DNA of 64,000 bases from an uncultured bacterium (GCA_964395205.1 CAYNBL010000001.1:10113-74112), one strand, 5' to 3'. Shown: positions 17,638 through 28,084, counted from the first letter of the stretch. Notes: generated from the letters alone by a model not told the origin. A program made the numbers and translations.

Positions 17638-20211
17638 GTGAAGATCTTTCGCAATATTGTGTTATTCCTTTTTACGACTGCAGGTGTTTTTGCTGCTACT
17701 TGGTGTGTCCCGGATAGTTTAAGCACAATACAGGCGGCCATTGACACGGCACAATCCGGCGATACCGTTCTTGTGTCAAATCCATATCAAAACAAGGGCG
17801 CGGTTGAGATCATTGGCAAAAAAATAGCTTTGCTTTCCCAAAGCTATATTAAAAACCCTCTTACTTATGATATAGTTACAGGCGCGGCGCTATACGACTC
17901 AACAAATTCTCTACCGCTCCTAAAAATAAGCCATGCAGACAGTTCGATGGTCAAGGGTTTTCTCTTTGACCAAAGTGATATTGGAAATGGCGGCGGTATT
18001 TTGGTTGAAAACTCAAATTACGTTATTTTTCGCGGTGTACATTTCAACTCTAATTGCATTGTCTTAAACAATTCGGAAGTTCTCGATACAAATACGGTTC
18101 ATTATGATTACTTGTCTGCCGATTCCGCAAACATCACACTAATTAATTCAATTTTAACCATTGAAAATTCTACGTGGAAAAACATTCAGTCATTGTCCTT
18201 GCTTAACATGGACCAGTCATCAGAACTGTTTGCACGAAATCTTGCCGTTTATAACAACACTTGCTCTTCCCCGGCTTATAATATTAATTCTTCATCCGCA
18301 GAGTTTAATTTCATTACATCCTACGATAACTCTTTTTCGTTTCCTGTTTGGAGTCTGAGCTCTTCATATGCACTTATTTCAAATTCTATCCTTGAGTTTG
18401 CACCGCCGGTAGATATTTCTCAATATGAAATTCGCTTTTCGGCAGTTCCGGGTAATTATCCCGGAACCGGCAATCTTTCTCTTGACCCAAAGATTAACAC
18501 TACGCTCGCTTATCCGGCACTTTTAGAAACATCTCCTTGTATTTCAGCCGGCGATCCCGATACAAGTGGAATTCCACGTACTGATATTTTAGGACAATCG
18601 CGGCCAAACCCGGTTTGGGCACCCCCCGACATGGGCGCATTTGAATCGCCACGTCACATGCTTTTAAATGATGCGCATCACTTTTGGGTCAGTACTGAAG
18701 GTAACGACATCTGGGGAAACGGCAATGCGGATTATCCATTTGCCACACTTCAAGCGGCCGTCGACTATTCAAGCAGTTCAGATACGTTGCTTTTGCGGCC
18801 CGGTAATTATCGCGGCTGTATTGAGATCAACAATAAGTCTTTGACCATCTCATCTTCTTATTTATTAAATGGTGACAGTTCCTATGTTGATTCGGTTGTT
18901 TTATTTCCTGACAGCGGAACAACCGCTCCCATTATCATAGCCAATGATGTAGATTCTTTGGAAATTTCAGGACTTTGTTTTCAAGGGGGACGTGGAAGAT
19001 TCTTTTACAATAATTATACTTTAGGCGGGGCGCTGTATTGTGAAAATTCAAACTGTGATCTTGAAAATATTATTTTCGAAAACAATCAGGCCGATTATAG
19101 CGGTGGTGCCCTTTATGCATCCGGGTCAATCATAAGTCTTAATCATGTCGATTTCAATAATAATCGTGCTTATTTAGGCGGTGCTTTATCTTTATCAAAC
19201 TCAACAGCCATGATGTCACACGTAAATATTGAAAACAATTTTGCTTCATCGGGTGGTGGAATTTATACGGAAAACAGTACAAAACTGATCGGGTTTTATA
19301 CCAATATTTCAAATAACATTGCCATTTCAGATTCTCTTGATTTCCATCTTCAAAAACCTTTATCCATTTCTCAATACGGTGGCGGCTTATATGCCGTAAA
19401 TTCTGAAATTCGTTTACATAATTCTTTATTAACTCAAAATACCGCCTTAAATAAAGGTTCCGGAATTGCTCTTAGCTCTTCTGGGATATACCTGGTACAA
19501 TCGACTCTTTCCAATAACAATTCAAGCACTGATTCTTCTGCGGTTATATATGTGAATAAAACAAGTAGTTCCTCACTCATATTAAATTCAATTCTTTGGA
19601 ATACCGGTGAATACGAGCTTGAATTAGAAAATTCTGATATGGAAATTTCTAATTCAATTTTAGGCGGTACTCTTCCCGGAATATTGGATCGCGGCAATGA
19701 AAATGACATCGAACTCTCTGGTGTAATCGATTCCAATCCCTTGTTTGAAACAAATTATTCTCTTTCTTTGAGCTCCCCTGCAATTGATCGGGGATTGACT
19801 AGCTATGGGCTTAATGGTAAATATTTAATTAACTATGCGCCTTCTGAATTTAATGGGACTGCCCCGGATCTTGGTTATTTGGGTGCTACCCCTGATGTTC
19901 ATTTTGAACTTGAGCCCATAGTAACTTCAATAATTGAATATCCGGAAACATATTCTTTGCTTCGGGCTTTTCCCAACCCATTCAACCCGATTACAACACT
20001 GGAATTTACTTTATATAAACCGGGAAATATTGAAATATGCCTTTATAATATTCGAGGGCAAATGATACAAACAATTTTTGAACGTGAACTGGCATCCGGT
20101 ACTTATAGTTTCACCTTTAATGCCTCACATCTTTCAACCGGTATGTATATTTGTCAGTTGAAACAAGATGGCCTTACACTTTCAACACAAAAATTACTTT
20201 TGGTGAAATAA
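17638..20211 (+). CDS. Secreted right-handed beta-helix (Pmp/pectate-lyase-like) repeat protein with T9SS C-terminal sorting domain
   Basis: 857 aa with a GTG start and a signal peptide. Repeated GGALY / GGGIY / GGGLYA turns are present. The C-terminal sequence is AFPNPFNPITTLEFTL...GMYICQLKQDGLTLSTQKLLLVK. Confidence 0.8.
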   Translation: MKIFRNIVLFLFTTAGVFAATWCVPDSLSTIQAAIDTAQSGDTVLVSNPYQNKGAVEIIGKKIALLSQSYIKNPLTYDIVTGAALYDSTNSLPLLKISHADSSMVKGFLFDQSDIGNGGGILVENSNYVIFRGVHFNSNCIVLNNSEVLDTNTVHYDYLSADSANITLINSILTIENSTWKNIQSLSLLNMDQSSELFARNLAVYNNTCSSPAYNINSSSAEFNFITSYDNSFSFPVWSLSSSYALISNSILEFAPPVDISQYEIRFSAVPGNYPGTGNLSLDPKINTTLAYPALLETSPCISAGDPDTSGIPRTDILGQSRPNPVWAPPDMGAFESPRHMLLNDAHHFWVSTEGNDIWGNGNADYPFATLQAAVDYSSSSDTLLLRPGNYRGCIEINNKSLTISSSYLLNGDSSYVDSVVLFPDSGTTAPIIIANDVDSLEISGLCFQGGRGRFFYNNYTLGGALYCENSNCDLENIIFENNQADYSGGALYASGSIISLNHVDFNNNRAYLGGALSLSNSTAMMSHVNIENNFASSGGGIYTENSTKLIGFYTNISNNIAISDSLDFHLQKPLSISQYGGGLYAVNSEIRLHNSLLTQNTALNKGSGIALSSSGIYLVQSTLSNNNSSTDSSAVIYVNKTSSSSLILNSILWNTGEYELELENSDMEISNSILGGTLPGILDRGNENDIELSGVIDSNPLFETNYSLSLSSPAIDRGLTSYGLNGKYLINYAPSEFNGTAPDLGYLGATPDVHFELEPIVTSIIEYPETYSLLRAFPNPFNPITTLEFTLYKPGNIEICLYNIRGQMIQTIFERELASGTYSFTFNASHLSTGMYICQLKQDGLTLSTQKLLLVK

Positions 20212-21572
20212 TGTCAGCCATTGACCATTATGATACTATCGCAGCAATCTCAACACCCCCGGGTGTTGGAGGTATTGCCGTTATACGTTTATCTGGGGGA
20301 AAAGCATACGAGATCACACTAAGGGGTATCATAATAAATAATCTTGATGTTCGTTATGCTCATTTTACCCAAGTGCGAGACCCGGAAACCAAAGAGATCA
20401 TTGATGATGTTGTGGTGACATATTTTAAATCACCGGCATCTTATACCGGAGACGATACGGTTGAGATCTCTTGTCATGGCGGCTATGCCGCCGCTCCTGC
20501 TATTCTGGATCTTTATTATCGACTCGGAGCTCGCCCCGCTTTACCCGGTGAATTTACCCGACGCGCATTCATGAACGGCAAGATGGATCTCCTGCAGGCT
20601 GAGGCGGTTGCTGATATTATTCATGCGGTTTCTGATAGCGGTAAAAAACTTGCGACAAGAACGCTGGAAGGTAAATTGTCCCATAAAGTACACAAAATGC
20701 GCAAAGAGCTTACAGATATTGCTTCTATTTTAGAATTAGAGCTTGATTTTTCAGAGCAAGAAATTACTACTTTTGACAAAAAGGAACTTTTTAATAAATT
20801 AAACGAAGCAAAAACTCATATTATATCGCTCTCAGAATCCTACTCGGGTGGAAAAATTCTTCGTGAGGGTGCGCTTGTGCCCATCGCAGGTCGCCCCAAC
20901 GCGGGTAAATCATCTATCTTAAATGCCCTGCTTGAAGAAGAACGAGCAATTATTTCTCACATCCCCGGAACAACGCGCGATACAATTGAAGAATCTTTCA
21001 TTCACGATGGTGTTGTTTTTAGGCTGGTTGATACAGCGGGATTAAGAGAGACAGAAGATCCGATAGAAAAGAGCGGTACCGAAAGGGCGAAAAAAACACT
21101 CGCTAAAGCAGACTTGATCTTATTGGTCGTTGATCTATCAAATACTTCGGATTTAATATTCGAAAAAGAGTTTTTAAACACATATTCCCATATACCCCTT
21201 ATTGTTATTTATAATAAAGTAGATCTATGTTCAAATATTCCCTCTCTTAAAGCCGAAAATTATCTGAGCATTTCCGCTCTTAAGCACGATAATTTAAATG
21301 AGCTGACAAAACTAATGGCGGATTTACTTCAAAAGAATTACCGTATTAGCGGAAATACCATTGCCATTACAAAACAGCGTCACAAACACGCCCTTCAAAG
21401 CGCTTTTGCTTCTTTGGAACTTACAATGGATGCCTTAGCCAATGGTCTTTCAAATGAATTTCTTTCGCTTGATATACGCGAGGCAATATCGGCACTAGAT
21501 GATATCACCGGGCATACCACATCAGAAGATGTGTTGAATAATATCTTTGATCATTTTTGTGTTGGAAAATAA
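20211..21572 (+). CDS. mnmE: tRNA uridine-5-carboxymethylaminomethyl modification GTPase
   Basis: The start MSAIDHYDTIAAISTPPGVGGIAVIRLSG is the conserved MnmE N-terminus. The G domain has GRPNAGKSS and DTAG, and the protein ends in the C-terminal CVGK. ATG 20211 overlaps the upstream stop (TAATG). Confidence 0.95.
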   Translation: MSAIDHYDTIAAISTPPGVGGIAVIRLSGGKAYEITLRGIIINNLDVRYAHFTQVRDPETKEIIDDVVVTYFKSPASYTGDDTVEISCHGGYAAAPAILDLYYRLGARPALPGEFTRRAFMNGKMDLLQAEAVADIIHAVSDSGKKLATRTLEGKLSHKVHKMRKELTDIASILELELDFSEQEITTFDKKELFNKLNEAKTHIISLSESYSGGKILREGALVPIAGRPNAGKSSILNALLEEERAIISHIPGTTRDTIEESFIHDGVVFRLVDTAGLRETEDPIEKSGTERAKKTLAKADLILLVVDLSNTSDLIFEKEFLNTYSHIPLIVIYNKVDLCSNIPSLKAENYLSISALKHDNLNELTKLMADLLQKNYRISGNTIAITKQRHKHALQSAFASLELTMDALANGLSNEFLSLDIREAISALDDITGHTTSEDVLNNIFDHFCVGK

Positions 21573-21686
21573 ACCTGAGTTAACATCACGTTTCATTTTT
21601 TAATCATTAGTTCATTGCCGTGTTCGACTTTTTAATCTTTTTACTTTAGTCTTTTGTCTTTTCTCTGCAAAGTGTACATTTCGTCA

Positions 21687-23519
21687 ATGAAAAAAAGCTA
21701 TGACATTATCGTCGTGGGCGGCGGACATGCGGGCGTTGAAGCAGCTCTTGCATCTGCTCGTCTGGGAAAAGCTACAGCACTGATAACAATAGAGAAATCC
21801 GCTATAGCACGCATGAGCTGTAATCCATCCATCGGAGGATTGGCAAAAGGGCACCTTGTCCGAGAACTGGATGTTCTTGGGGGAGAAATGGCCAAGGCCA
21901 TTGATAAAACGGGTATTCAATTTAAATTACTGAATCGCTCCAAGGGTCGTGCCGTTTGGTCACCGCGTGCCCAGGCCGATAAAAGAAAATATGAAAAATA
22001 CATGCAAGATATTCTTGACGAACAAGATAATCTTGATATTATTGAATCGGATGCAAAAGCTCTTCAAATACAAGAAGGCGAATTTCTGGGTGTTTATTTG
22101 CATGATAATACCTTGATCACTGCAAAAGCCTGTGTTCTTACCAATGGAACCTTTTTAAGGGGTAAGATACATATTGGTAATGTACAAATTCCAGCCGGCC
22201 GATATGGTGAATTACCGTCGATTGGGATATCCGATCAGTTGAGGGAATTGGGTTTTACAGTCGGGCGCCTTAAAACAGGCACGCCATCAAGAATAAGCAA
22301 ACGATCAATAGATTTCTCCAAGCTTGAGATCCAGGAGGGAGACAAAGAACCCAGGCAATTTTCGCATTCCACTCTTAATTTTGATCCACCTAATATTCCC
22401 TGCTGGTTAGCTTATACTCACGAAAATACACATGAGATACTTAGGTCCGCTCTTGACAGATCGCCCCTTTACACCGGCAAGATCGATGGTATCGGTCCTC
22501 GTTACTGTCCAAGTATTGAAGACAAGATCGTTCGTTTTTCTGATAAAACACAACATCAGCTTTTTCTAGAACCCGAGTGGAATGGTTCGTCTCAATGGTA
22601 TGTGAATGGATTCTCTTCATCTCTGCCGATCGATATTCAGATCAAGTCTCTGCGCTCTGTCCCCGGTTTGGAAAACGCCGAATTTATTAAGATCGGCTAT
22701 GCAATTGAATATGACTATTTCCCGTCTTTTCAAATTAAACGGACCCTTGAAACAAAAAAAGTGTCGGGATTGTATTTTGCAGGTCAAATTAATGGTACCA
22801 GCGGCTATGAAGAAGCAGCCGTCCAGGGATTTGTTGCCGCAGTCAATGCAAGCAGAAATATTGATGGAAAATCTGATTTTATTCTTGAGAGACATGAAGC
22901 TTATATTGGCGTGCTTATAGATGACCTTTGTTCTAAAGAAACGTCCGAACCATATAGAATGTTTACTAGCCTTGCGGAATATCGTTTACTTTTACGCTGG
23001 GATAATGCTCATCTTAGGCTTCTGGATGCTTCAAAAGAAATTGGTCTTCAAGATAATGAAATGATTGATCTTTTTGAACGGGTTAAAAGAGAAACGTATG
23101 TTCTGAATAAAGCTTTTTCAAAAACACGCGTTCTGCCTGACAATCTCTTAAAGATTCCAATAGAAACAACGTTTCCCATATCGCTTCTAATACGCCAACA
23201 GAAGATCACAGAAGATCATGTGATTGATCTTCAAAAACATTATTTTCCCGATTATCTTTTGGATTCAGTAGATCAGGCTTATGTTCAAACACGTTACGAA
23301 GGTTATATTGATAGGCAATTTAAGCAAGTTAAAAAAATGAATCAGCTTGAAGCGAAAAGCATTCCCCACAATTTTAACTACTCTAAGATTATATCACTTT
23401 CCAACGAAGGAAGAGAAAAATTGTTAAAATTCAAACCTGACACAATTGGACAGGCAAGCCGAATTCGGGGGATTTCGCCGGCAGATATTCAAGTATTATT
23501 GATTTTTCTTTCAAAATGA
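21687..23519 (+). CDS. mnmG: tRNA uridine-5-carboxymethylaminomethyl modification enzyme (GidA)
   Basis: MKKSYDIIVVGGGHAGVEAA is an FAD-binding N-terminus. GPRYCPSIEDK and FAGQINGTSGYEEAA are also present. Confidence 0.96.
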   Translation: MKKSYDIIVVGGGHAGVEAALASARLGKATALITIEKSAIARMSCNPSIGGLAKGHLVRELDVLGGEMAKAIDKTGIQFKLLNRSKGRAVWSPRAQADKRKYEKYMQDILDEQDNLDIIESDAKALQIQEGEFLGVYLHDNTLITAKACVLTNGTFLRGKIHIGNVQIPAGRYGELPSIGISDQLRELGFTVGRLKTGTPSRISKRSIDFSKLEIQEGDKEPRQFSHSTLNFDPPNIPCWLAYTHENTHEILRSALDRSPLYTGKIDGIGPRYCPSIEDKIVRFSDKTQHQLFLEPEWNGSSQWYVNGFSSSLPIDIQIKSLRSVPGLENAEFIKIGYAIEYDYFPSFQIKRTLETKKVSGLYFAGQINGTSGYEEAAVQGFVAAVNASRNIDGKSDFILERHEAYIGVLIDDLCSKETSEPYRMFTSLAEYRLLLRWDNAHLRLLDASKEIGLQDNEMIDLFERVKRETYVLNKAFSKTRVLPDNLLKIPIETTFPISLLIRQQKITEDHVIDLQKHYFPDYLLDSVDQAYVQTRYEGYIDRQFKQVKKMNQLEAKSIPHNFNYSKIISLSNEGREKLLKFKPDTIGQASRIRGISPADIQVLLIFLSK

Positions 23520-23824
23520 CCCCAATATCGACTTCCATAAATAACTTATGTTCAACGATTTCTTCAATCTCCATATAAAAGTATGTGATTTTTGCTTTCT
23601 ATCATTAAAAGTTCTTAAATTTTTAAATGTTTAAATACAATAAGATTTCCTTGTATTTCCACAATCAATCTATTACATTGTTCACCGTGAAGGATTTGTT
23701 GTGTAGATTTAGATTAATTCTCCCTCTATACAAGGCCTGGCCAGTATTTGGCAAAACACTATCGTTTTGTTTCGCGCGTAGGCGATTCGATAGTGCAAAT
23801 GAATGCTATGCGCAAAGATAAGGA

Positions 23825-24106
23825 ATGGATATGAATATCTATGTAGGAAATCTGCCTTACGGCACCACTGATGAAGATCTTCAAAGCGCTTTCGGCGCAT
23901 TTGGTGCAGTAACCAGTGTTAACATCATCAAAGACCGCGTAACAGGAAACTCAAAAGGTTTCGGATTTGTTGAAATGGACAATGATGATGAAGGACAAAA
24001 AGCTATTGACGAACTTAACGGCGCAGAAATGCAAGGACGTAACCTCAAAGTTAACCTTGCTCGTCCCCGGACAGAACGCCCACGTCAAGAACGTAAGTCC
24101 TGGTAA
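23825..24106 (+). CDS. RRM-type RNA-binding protein
   Basis: 93 aa with RNP2 (IYVGNL) and RNP1 (KGFGFVEM) motifs and a basic C-terminal tail. Confidence 0.9.
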   Translation: MDMNIYVGNLPYGTTDEDLQSAFGAFGAVTSVNIIKDRVTGNSKGFGFVEMDNDDEGQKAIDELNGAEMQGRNLKVNLARPRTERPRQERKSW

Positions 24107-24129
24107 CATTAAATAAAATATAATGTTCA

Positions 24130-24159
24130 AAGCTTCCGCATCCGCGGAAGCTTTTTTTT
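24130..24159 (+). terminator. Rho-independent terminator after the RRM gene
   Basis: AAGCTTCCGC-ATCC-GCGGAAGCTT forms a 10-bp perfect stem followed by T6. Confidence 0.85.
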
Positions 24160-24220
24160 ACCATATTATTTTTTAAACCATGCCAATTATCGAAATATAA
24201 ATACGCGCATAGCCATTTTT

Positions 24221-27200
24221 TTAATTAATTTTATGCTTGGTTAGATTTGCTTTTTTTCTAATATAAATAATAGCTTCTCCGGTCTTTCCGTCCATCTTTA
24301 CATTTATTGGTTTTGAACAATGGATGTGTTTAAAATATTTCCATTTCCCGGTTTTTTTCATTGCCCGTAACAACTCCCAATTTATAAAATCTAAGCCTTC
24401 GCTTTGGTAAGGAACAGAAAAATAACCGATGTTCATAGCAACAACATTATGGAAAAAGTGCGTTCCCTGTGATGGTGGAATATCAAATCCTTTAATACCC
24501 GATTCAACAATAACTTTTGATTGACTTATTTGACCAAATTGGATTGGGACGCCTAAAAATCTATCTTTACTTCCCCATCTGCCTGGACCTATCAAAATAT
24601 AATTGATCTTTTCTTCTTTCATGTTTTTGTTAATCATATCAAGTTCTTGTTGAATATTAAGGGTTTCTATCGAGTTGAACATTTCTGGTGGACACCAAAT
24701 AATATCATGCAGGTCAGTGATCTCGCCATTTCCCATCCCTTGTTCAGTATATAGAATTATATCTTCTTTTTTATAATTGCTGAGTTTTACTGTTGTGTTA
24801 CTGCTTGTTACGGCAAGTGGGCGGATTTGTAAAAGATAAAAGGTTGGCGGTTTGTTCGCTTCACTTTTGCGATCCAGATCTACGGCAAATTCTATTTCAA
24901 CCGGCATTCCAAGTGCCGCTTCTCCAATTTCCAAGAGGCGATTAATAATATTGCTTAGGGGGTAATGTCCATATTTTAAAATATTATCAAACGTTATAAT
25001 TCTTGGTCCTTTTCTGTTTAAACCGGGCCACAAACGATTGTTTTGATAATCAAAAACTGATGCTAAATGTTTTAATCGTCCATGTTCTTCAGCTTTTGAT
25101 AATGGTATTTTCACTAATGTTGAAGATTCCTGACCATATAGACCCATTTGATTACTGCGTAGATCCAGTGCATATAATTCTCTCTGGGCCGAAGATAACA
25201 TATCTTCCATGGATAACAACCAAACCTTTGGGTGTTTTGGACAGAAACGGAACACGTTGCCGCCCTCAATCACCGTTTTACCCAAACCAACCGCAAGTGA
25301 TGCCATACCATCTGTATGTAATTGATTATCTATTGGATAAAAATTATAAGATTGGGCAATTCCGCTTATGTGTGGGTAATAATAATCTTCATTTTGAGTT
25401 CCAACAACCTCCTGAATGATCACCGCCATTTTTTCTTCGTCAAGCTGGTGTCCAATATGTTCAATATATTGTTGGGTGCCCACACTATATGAAGATGCAT
25501 AAATCAGTTTAATAGCGTCCAATAATTGCTTAAGGCGCATGCCGGGATCGGGATCGTTGTTTGCTAACATATATGTTCTATAAATTCCCGCAAATGGCTG
25601 GGAGTAACTATCTTCCAATAATGACGAGGAGCGAACTGCAAGGGGATAGTCAACCCGTTCAAGAAGGCGACTTAATTTATTTGTAAGATTTTCGGAAAGA
25701 AGACCGTCTAAAAATATATTGTCAATTTCTTCGTCAACCATGTTTTCGCGGATTTTGGAATCTATGCGATTATGTTCAATAAATATTTCATATTCGCTTA
25801 TTCCTATTGCAGCCGTGTTAGGTAATCCAATATGTACGCCCTCAAATATTTTCTCCGCATCCATGCGGGGCAACAATGTGTTCAAAAACGCCAAACCACG
25901 GCCCTTGCCCCCCAAGGAGCCTTCTGACAGTAAAATTATCTCATTTTCATCTGGTTTTGAATATTTATGAAACCGGATGATCTCACCCCTGTTTCTTTCC
26001 TTTTGTACTTCAAGAACTTTTTTAACCAAATATTTCCGCATTGCTTCTGTATTTTCAAAATCTTTCATTTTCATTCGTCTAATATTCCGCGCCAGCTCAA
26101 GCTCTCCACGCGCCATCAGCCATGCTGAAAAATGATTTTTATCAGCATGATAAATAATGCTTTCTTCGGGGATATGTTGAAGTTTTTCTTCAAATTCAGC
26201 AAGATAGGAGGCCTTATCAAGGATATTTCCTTTTTTATCGCGAAAAATAAAGTCCCCAAAGCCAAGATTTTCCATAATGAAATTTCGCAAACTATGTAAT
26301 AAGTGCTTACTGTGTTTGTGTAGGAATGCAGTGTCTGCCTTTTGGGCCTTTTCTGCATTTTCTATTTCAGATGACAATATCAATGTCGCAAGATCACTTC
26401 CTCTTTTTTGTAATGTTTGCAATAAATGGATTCCGGCTTCGCCGTCGTATTTACCGTTCCTTGGAAATCTCATGTCTGAAAATATTGCAACAATATTGTT
26501 TTTATAGGTTTCATAGATGTCCATGGCTTCTTCATAATTTTTCGCCAACAGCACCTTTGGCCGTGCTCTCATACGATGTCTCTTTTCTCGTTCGTTTAAT
26601 TCCTCAACGATGAGATGCTGTGTTTGTTTTACAACTTCTTCATATAAAAGGGGTAAAAACATGGAATAAAAGTGTGGCGAGTCTTCTACCAATAAAATGA
26701 CTCTCACTAAACCCACTTTTGTATCGAAAGCTACGTTCTTTTTATCTTCAATCGTCTTAATAACTGCCAGAAACAAATTAGCGTCACCTTTCCAAACAAA
26801 TATTTCGTCAAAAATATATTTTGGGTTTTTGCGGTCTTCCACAACACTCATATCAGCCATCGAAGTCAGCAAGAGAACGACCGGAGTATCCTCTTGTGTT
26901 TCCCGAACTTCTTTCAGCACATCAAAGGGGCTTATTTTCCCACAATGAAGTGTTGTAATAATAAGGTCGTAATTGTTTGCTTTTATTTGCTTTAGGGCCT
27001 CTTCTCCCGTTGGAACCGAATCAATTTCCGGGGGTGAAGATAAATTCAATTCCATATACTCCCCAATGACCTGTTCACCCAAAAGAGCGTCACGCTCAAA
27101 AACAAAGGCATCATAAACCGTAGAAATAAGTAATATTTTTTTAACGCGAAACTTCATTAGTTTACGAAGGGCGGCGTCGCCATATTTATACTTGTTGTAA

Positions 27201-27226
27201 TACTCGATTATGTTAAAGTCACTCAT
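24221..27226 (-). CDS. Receiver-domain / PEP-synthase N-terminal (PPDK_N ATP-grasp) fusion protein, function unknown
   Basis: About 1000 aa. The first N-terminal CheY-like module is degenerate (KKILLISTVYDAF). The second looks canonical (VILLVEDS...FSDMRFP). The central region (LSEGSLGGKGRGLAFLN...AVRSSSLLEDS..FAGIY) matches the nucleotide-binding domain of pyruvate-water/phosphate dikinases. I saw no swivel-His or PEP-utilizer TIM domain. The ATG at 27226 forms an ATGA overlap with the dapF stop. Confidence 0.7.
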   Translation of the reverse strand: MSDFNIIEYYNKYKYGDAALRKLMKFRVKKILLISTVYDAFVFERDALLGEQVIGEYMELNLSSPPEIDSVPTGEEALKQIKANNYDLIITTLHCGKISPFDVLKEVRETQEDTPVVLLLTSMADMSVVEDRKNPKYIFDEIFVWKGDANLFLAVIKTIEDKKNVAFDTKVGLVRVILLVEDSPHFYSMFLPLLYEEVVKQTQHLIVEELNEREKRHRMRARPKVLLAKNYEEAMDIYETYKNNIVAIFSDMRFPRNGKYDGEAGIHLLQTLQKRGSDLATLILSSEIENAEKAQKADTAFLHKHSKHLLHSLRNFIMENLGFGDFIFRDKKGNILDKASYLAEFEEKLQHIPEESIIYHADKNHFSAWLMARGELELARNIRRMKMKDFENTEAMRKYLVKKVLEVQKERNRGEIIRFHKYSKPDENEIILLSEGSLGGKGRGLAFLNTLLPRMDAEKIFEGVHIGLPNTAAIGISEYEIFIEHNRIDSKIRENMVDEEIDNIFLDGLLSENLTNKLSRLLERVDYPLAVRSSSLLEDSYSQPFAGIYRTYMLANNDPDPGMRLKQLLDAIKLIYASSYSVGTQQYIEHIGHQLDEEKMAVIIQEVVGTQNEDYYYPHISGIAQSYNFYPIDNQLHTDGMASLAVGLGKTVIEGGNVFRFCPKHPKVWLLSMEDMLSSAQRELYALDLRSNQMGLYGQESSTLVKIPLSKAEEHGRLKHLASVFDYQNNRLWPGLNRKGPRIITFDNILKYGHYPLSNIINRLLEIGEAALGMPVEIEFAVDLDRKSEANKPPTFYLLQIRPLAVTSSNTTVKLSNYKKEDIILYTEQGMGNGEITDLHDIIWCPPEMFNSIETLNIQQELDMINKNMKEEKINYILIGPGRWGSKDRFLGVPIQFGQISQSKVIVESGIKGFDIPPSQGTHFFHNVVAMNIGYFSVPYQSEGLDFINWELLRAMKKTGKWKYFKHIHCSKPINVKMDGKTGEAIIYIRKKANLTKHKIN

Positions 27227-28008
27227 CGCGCCCACTCTCCCTTATAGACAAAAGTAGCCGGTCCGTCCAGCCAAATATCTTTGTAATTTTCACCGTCATA
27301 TTTAAAACGAACACTGAGTTCTCCACCCCTGGCTTTGATAAAATATTTGTCATAATGAAAGCCCCTGAAATGATGAACTATTGCCGCAGCTACCGATCCT
27401 GTTCCACAAGCAAGCGTTTCATCTTCAACACCACGTTCATATGTTCTGATCGAAATATTGTTTTGGTTATCCACCTGAATAAAATTAACATTACAACCGG
27501 CCGGCGAGTACATTTTATGTTCTCTTATCGCTCTCCCGCGACCATATACGTCCATTTCCACGAGTTTATCCACATATTCCACATGGTGTATTGAGCCGGT
27601 ATCTACCGTATAGCCGGCACCCATATTTTGAACATTAAAAACATTTTTCATTTTCAGCGAAACCTTGTCTTGTTTAACTATCACGGCACTGTGCTCACCA
27701 TCAATTGCGTCAAAATATATATCTTTATCCTTGGCTATGTGACCGCAGTCCCGAGCAAAGGCGACCATACATCTTCCACCATTTCCACACATGGTTCCCT
27801 CGTGTCCGTCGGCATTAAAATAAAGCATGGTAAAATCTTTATCACTGGAGTTACGTAACAGCATCAGACCGTCGGCCCCTATCCCAAATCTTCGGTCACA
27901 AAGTTCCCGGATCAAATCATGGTCTTTCTCGGGAAAATTGTTTTCTGTATCTCTGATAAGTATAAAGTCATTTCCGGCACCCTGATATTTAAAAAATGAA
28001 ATACGCAT
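27223..28008 (-). CDS. dapF: Diaminopimelate epimerase
   Basis: Contains MRISFFKYQGAGNDFILI and the catalytic Cys motifs MCGNGGRC and ACGTGSVAAA. ATG 28008 is preferred over GTG 28023. Confidence 0.93.
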   Translation of the reverse strand: MRISFFKYQGAGNDFILIRDTENNFPEKDHDLIRELCDRRFGIGADGLMLLRNSSDKDFTMLYFNADGHEGTMCGNGGRCMVAFARDCGHIAKDKDIYFDAIDGEHSAVIVKQDKVSLKMKNVFNVQNMGAGYTVDTGSIHHVEYVDKLVEMDVYGRGRAIREHKMYSPAGCNVNFIQVDNQNNISIRTYERGVEDETLACGTGSVAAAIVHHFRGFHYDKYFIKARGGELSVRFKYDGENYKDIWLDGPATFVYKGEWAR

Positions 28009-28084
28009 TAATATGATCTCCACATTGTTCTTGTGATAAAAATATAGGAATTAGACACGCAAATAACAAATACCAAAAAATGTG

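Noticed and set aside
27566-27574. Perfect DnaA box TTATCCACA, with a 14-nt identity (GAGTTTATCCACAT) to the box at 35212-35225, inside dapF.
   Set aside because: It is a single isolated box within coding sequence (it encodes ..YVDKLVE.. on the minus strand) and has no neighbouring boxes. It is most likely chance, or at most a weak titration site.
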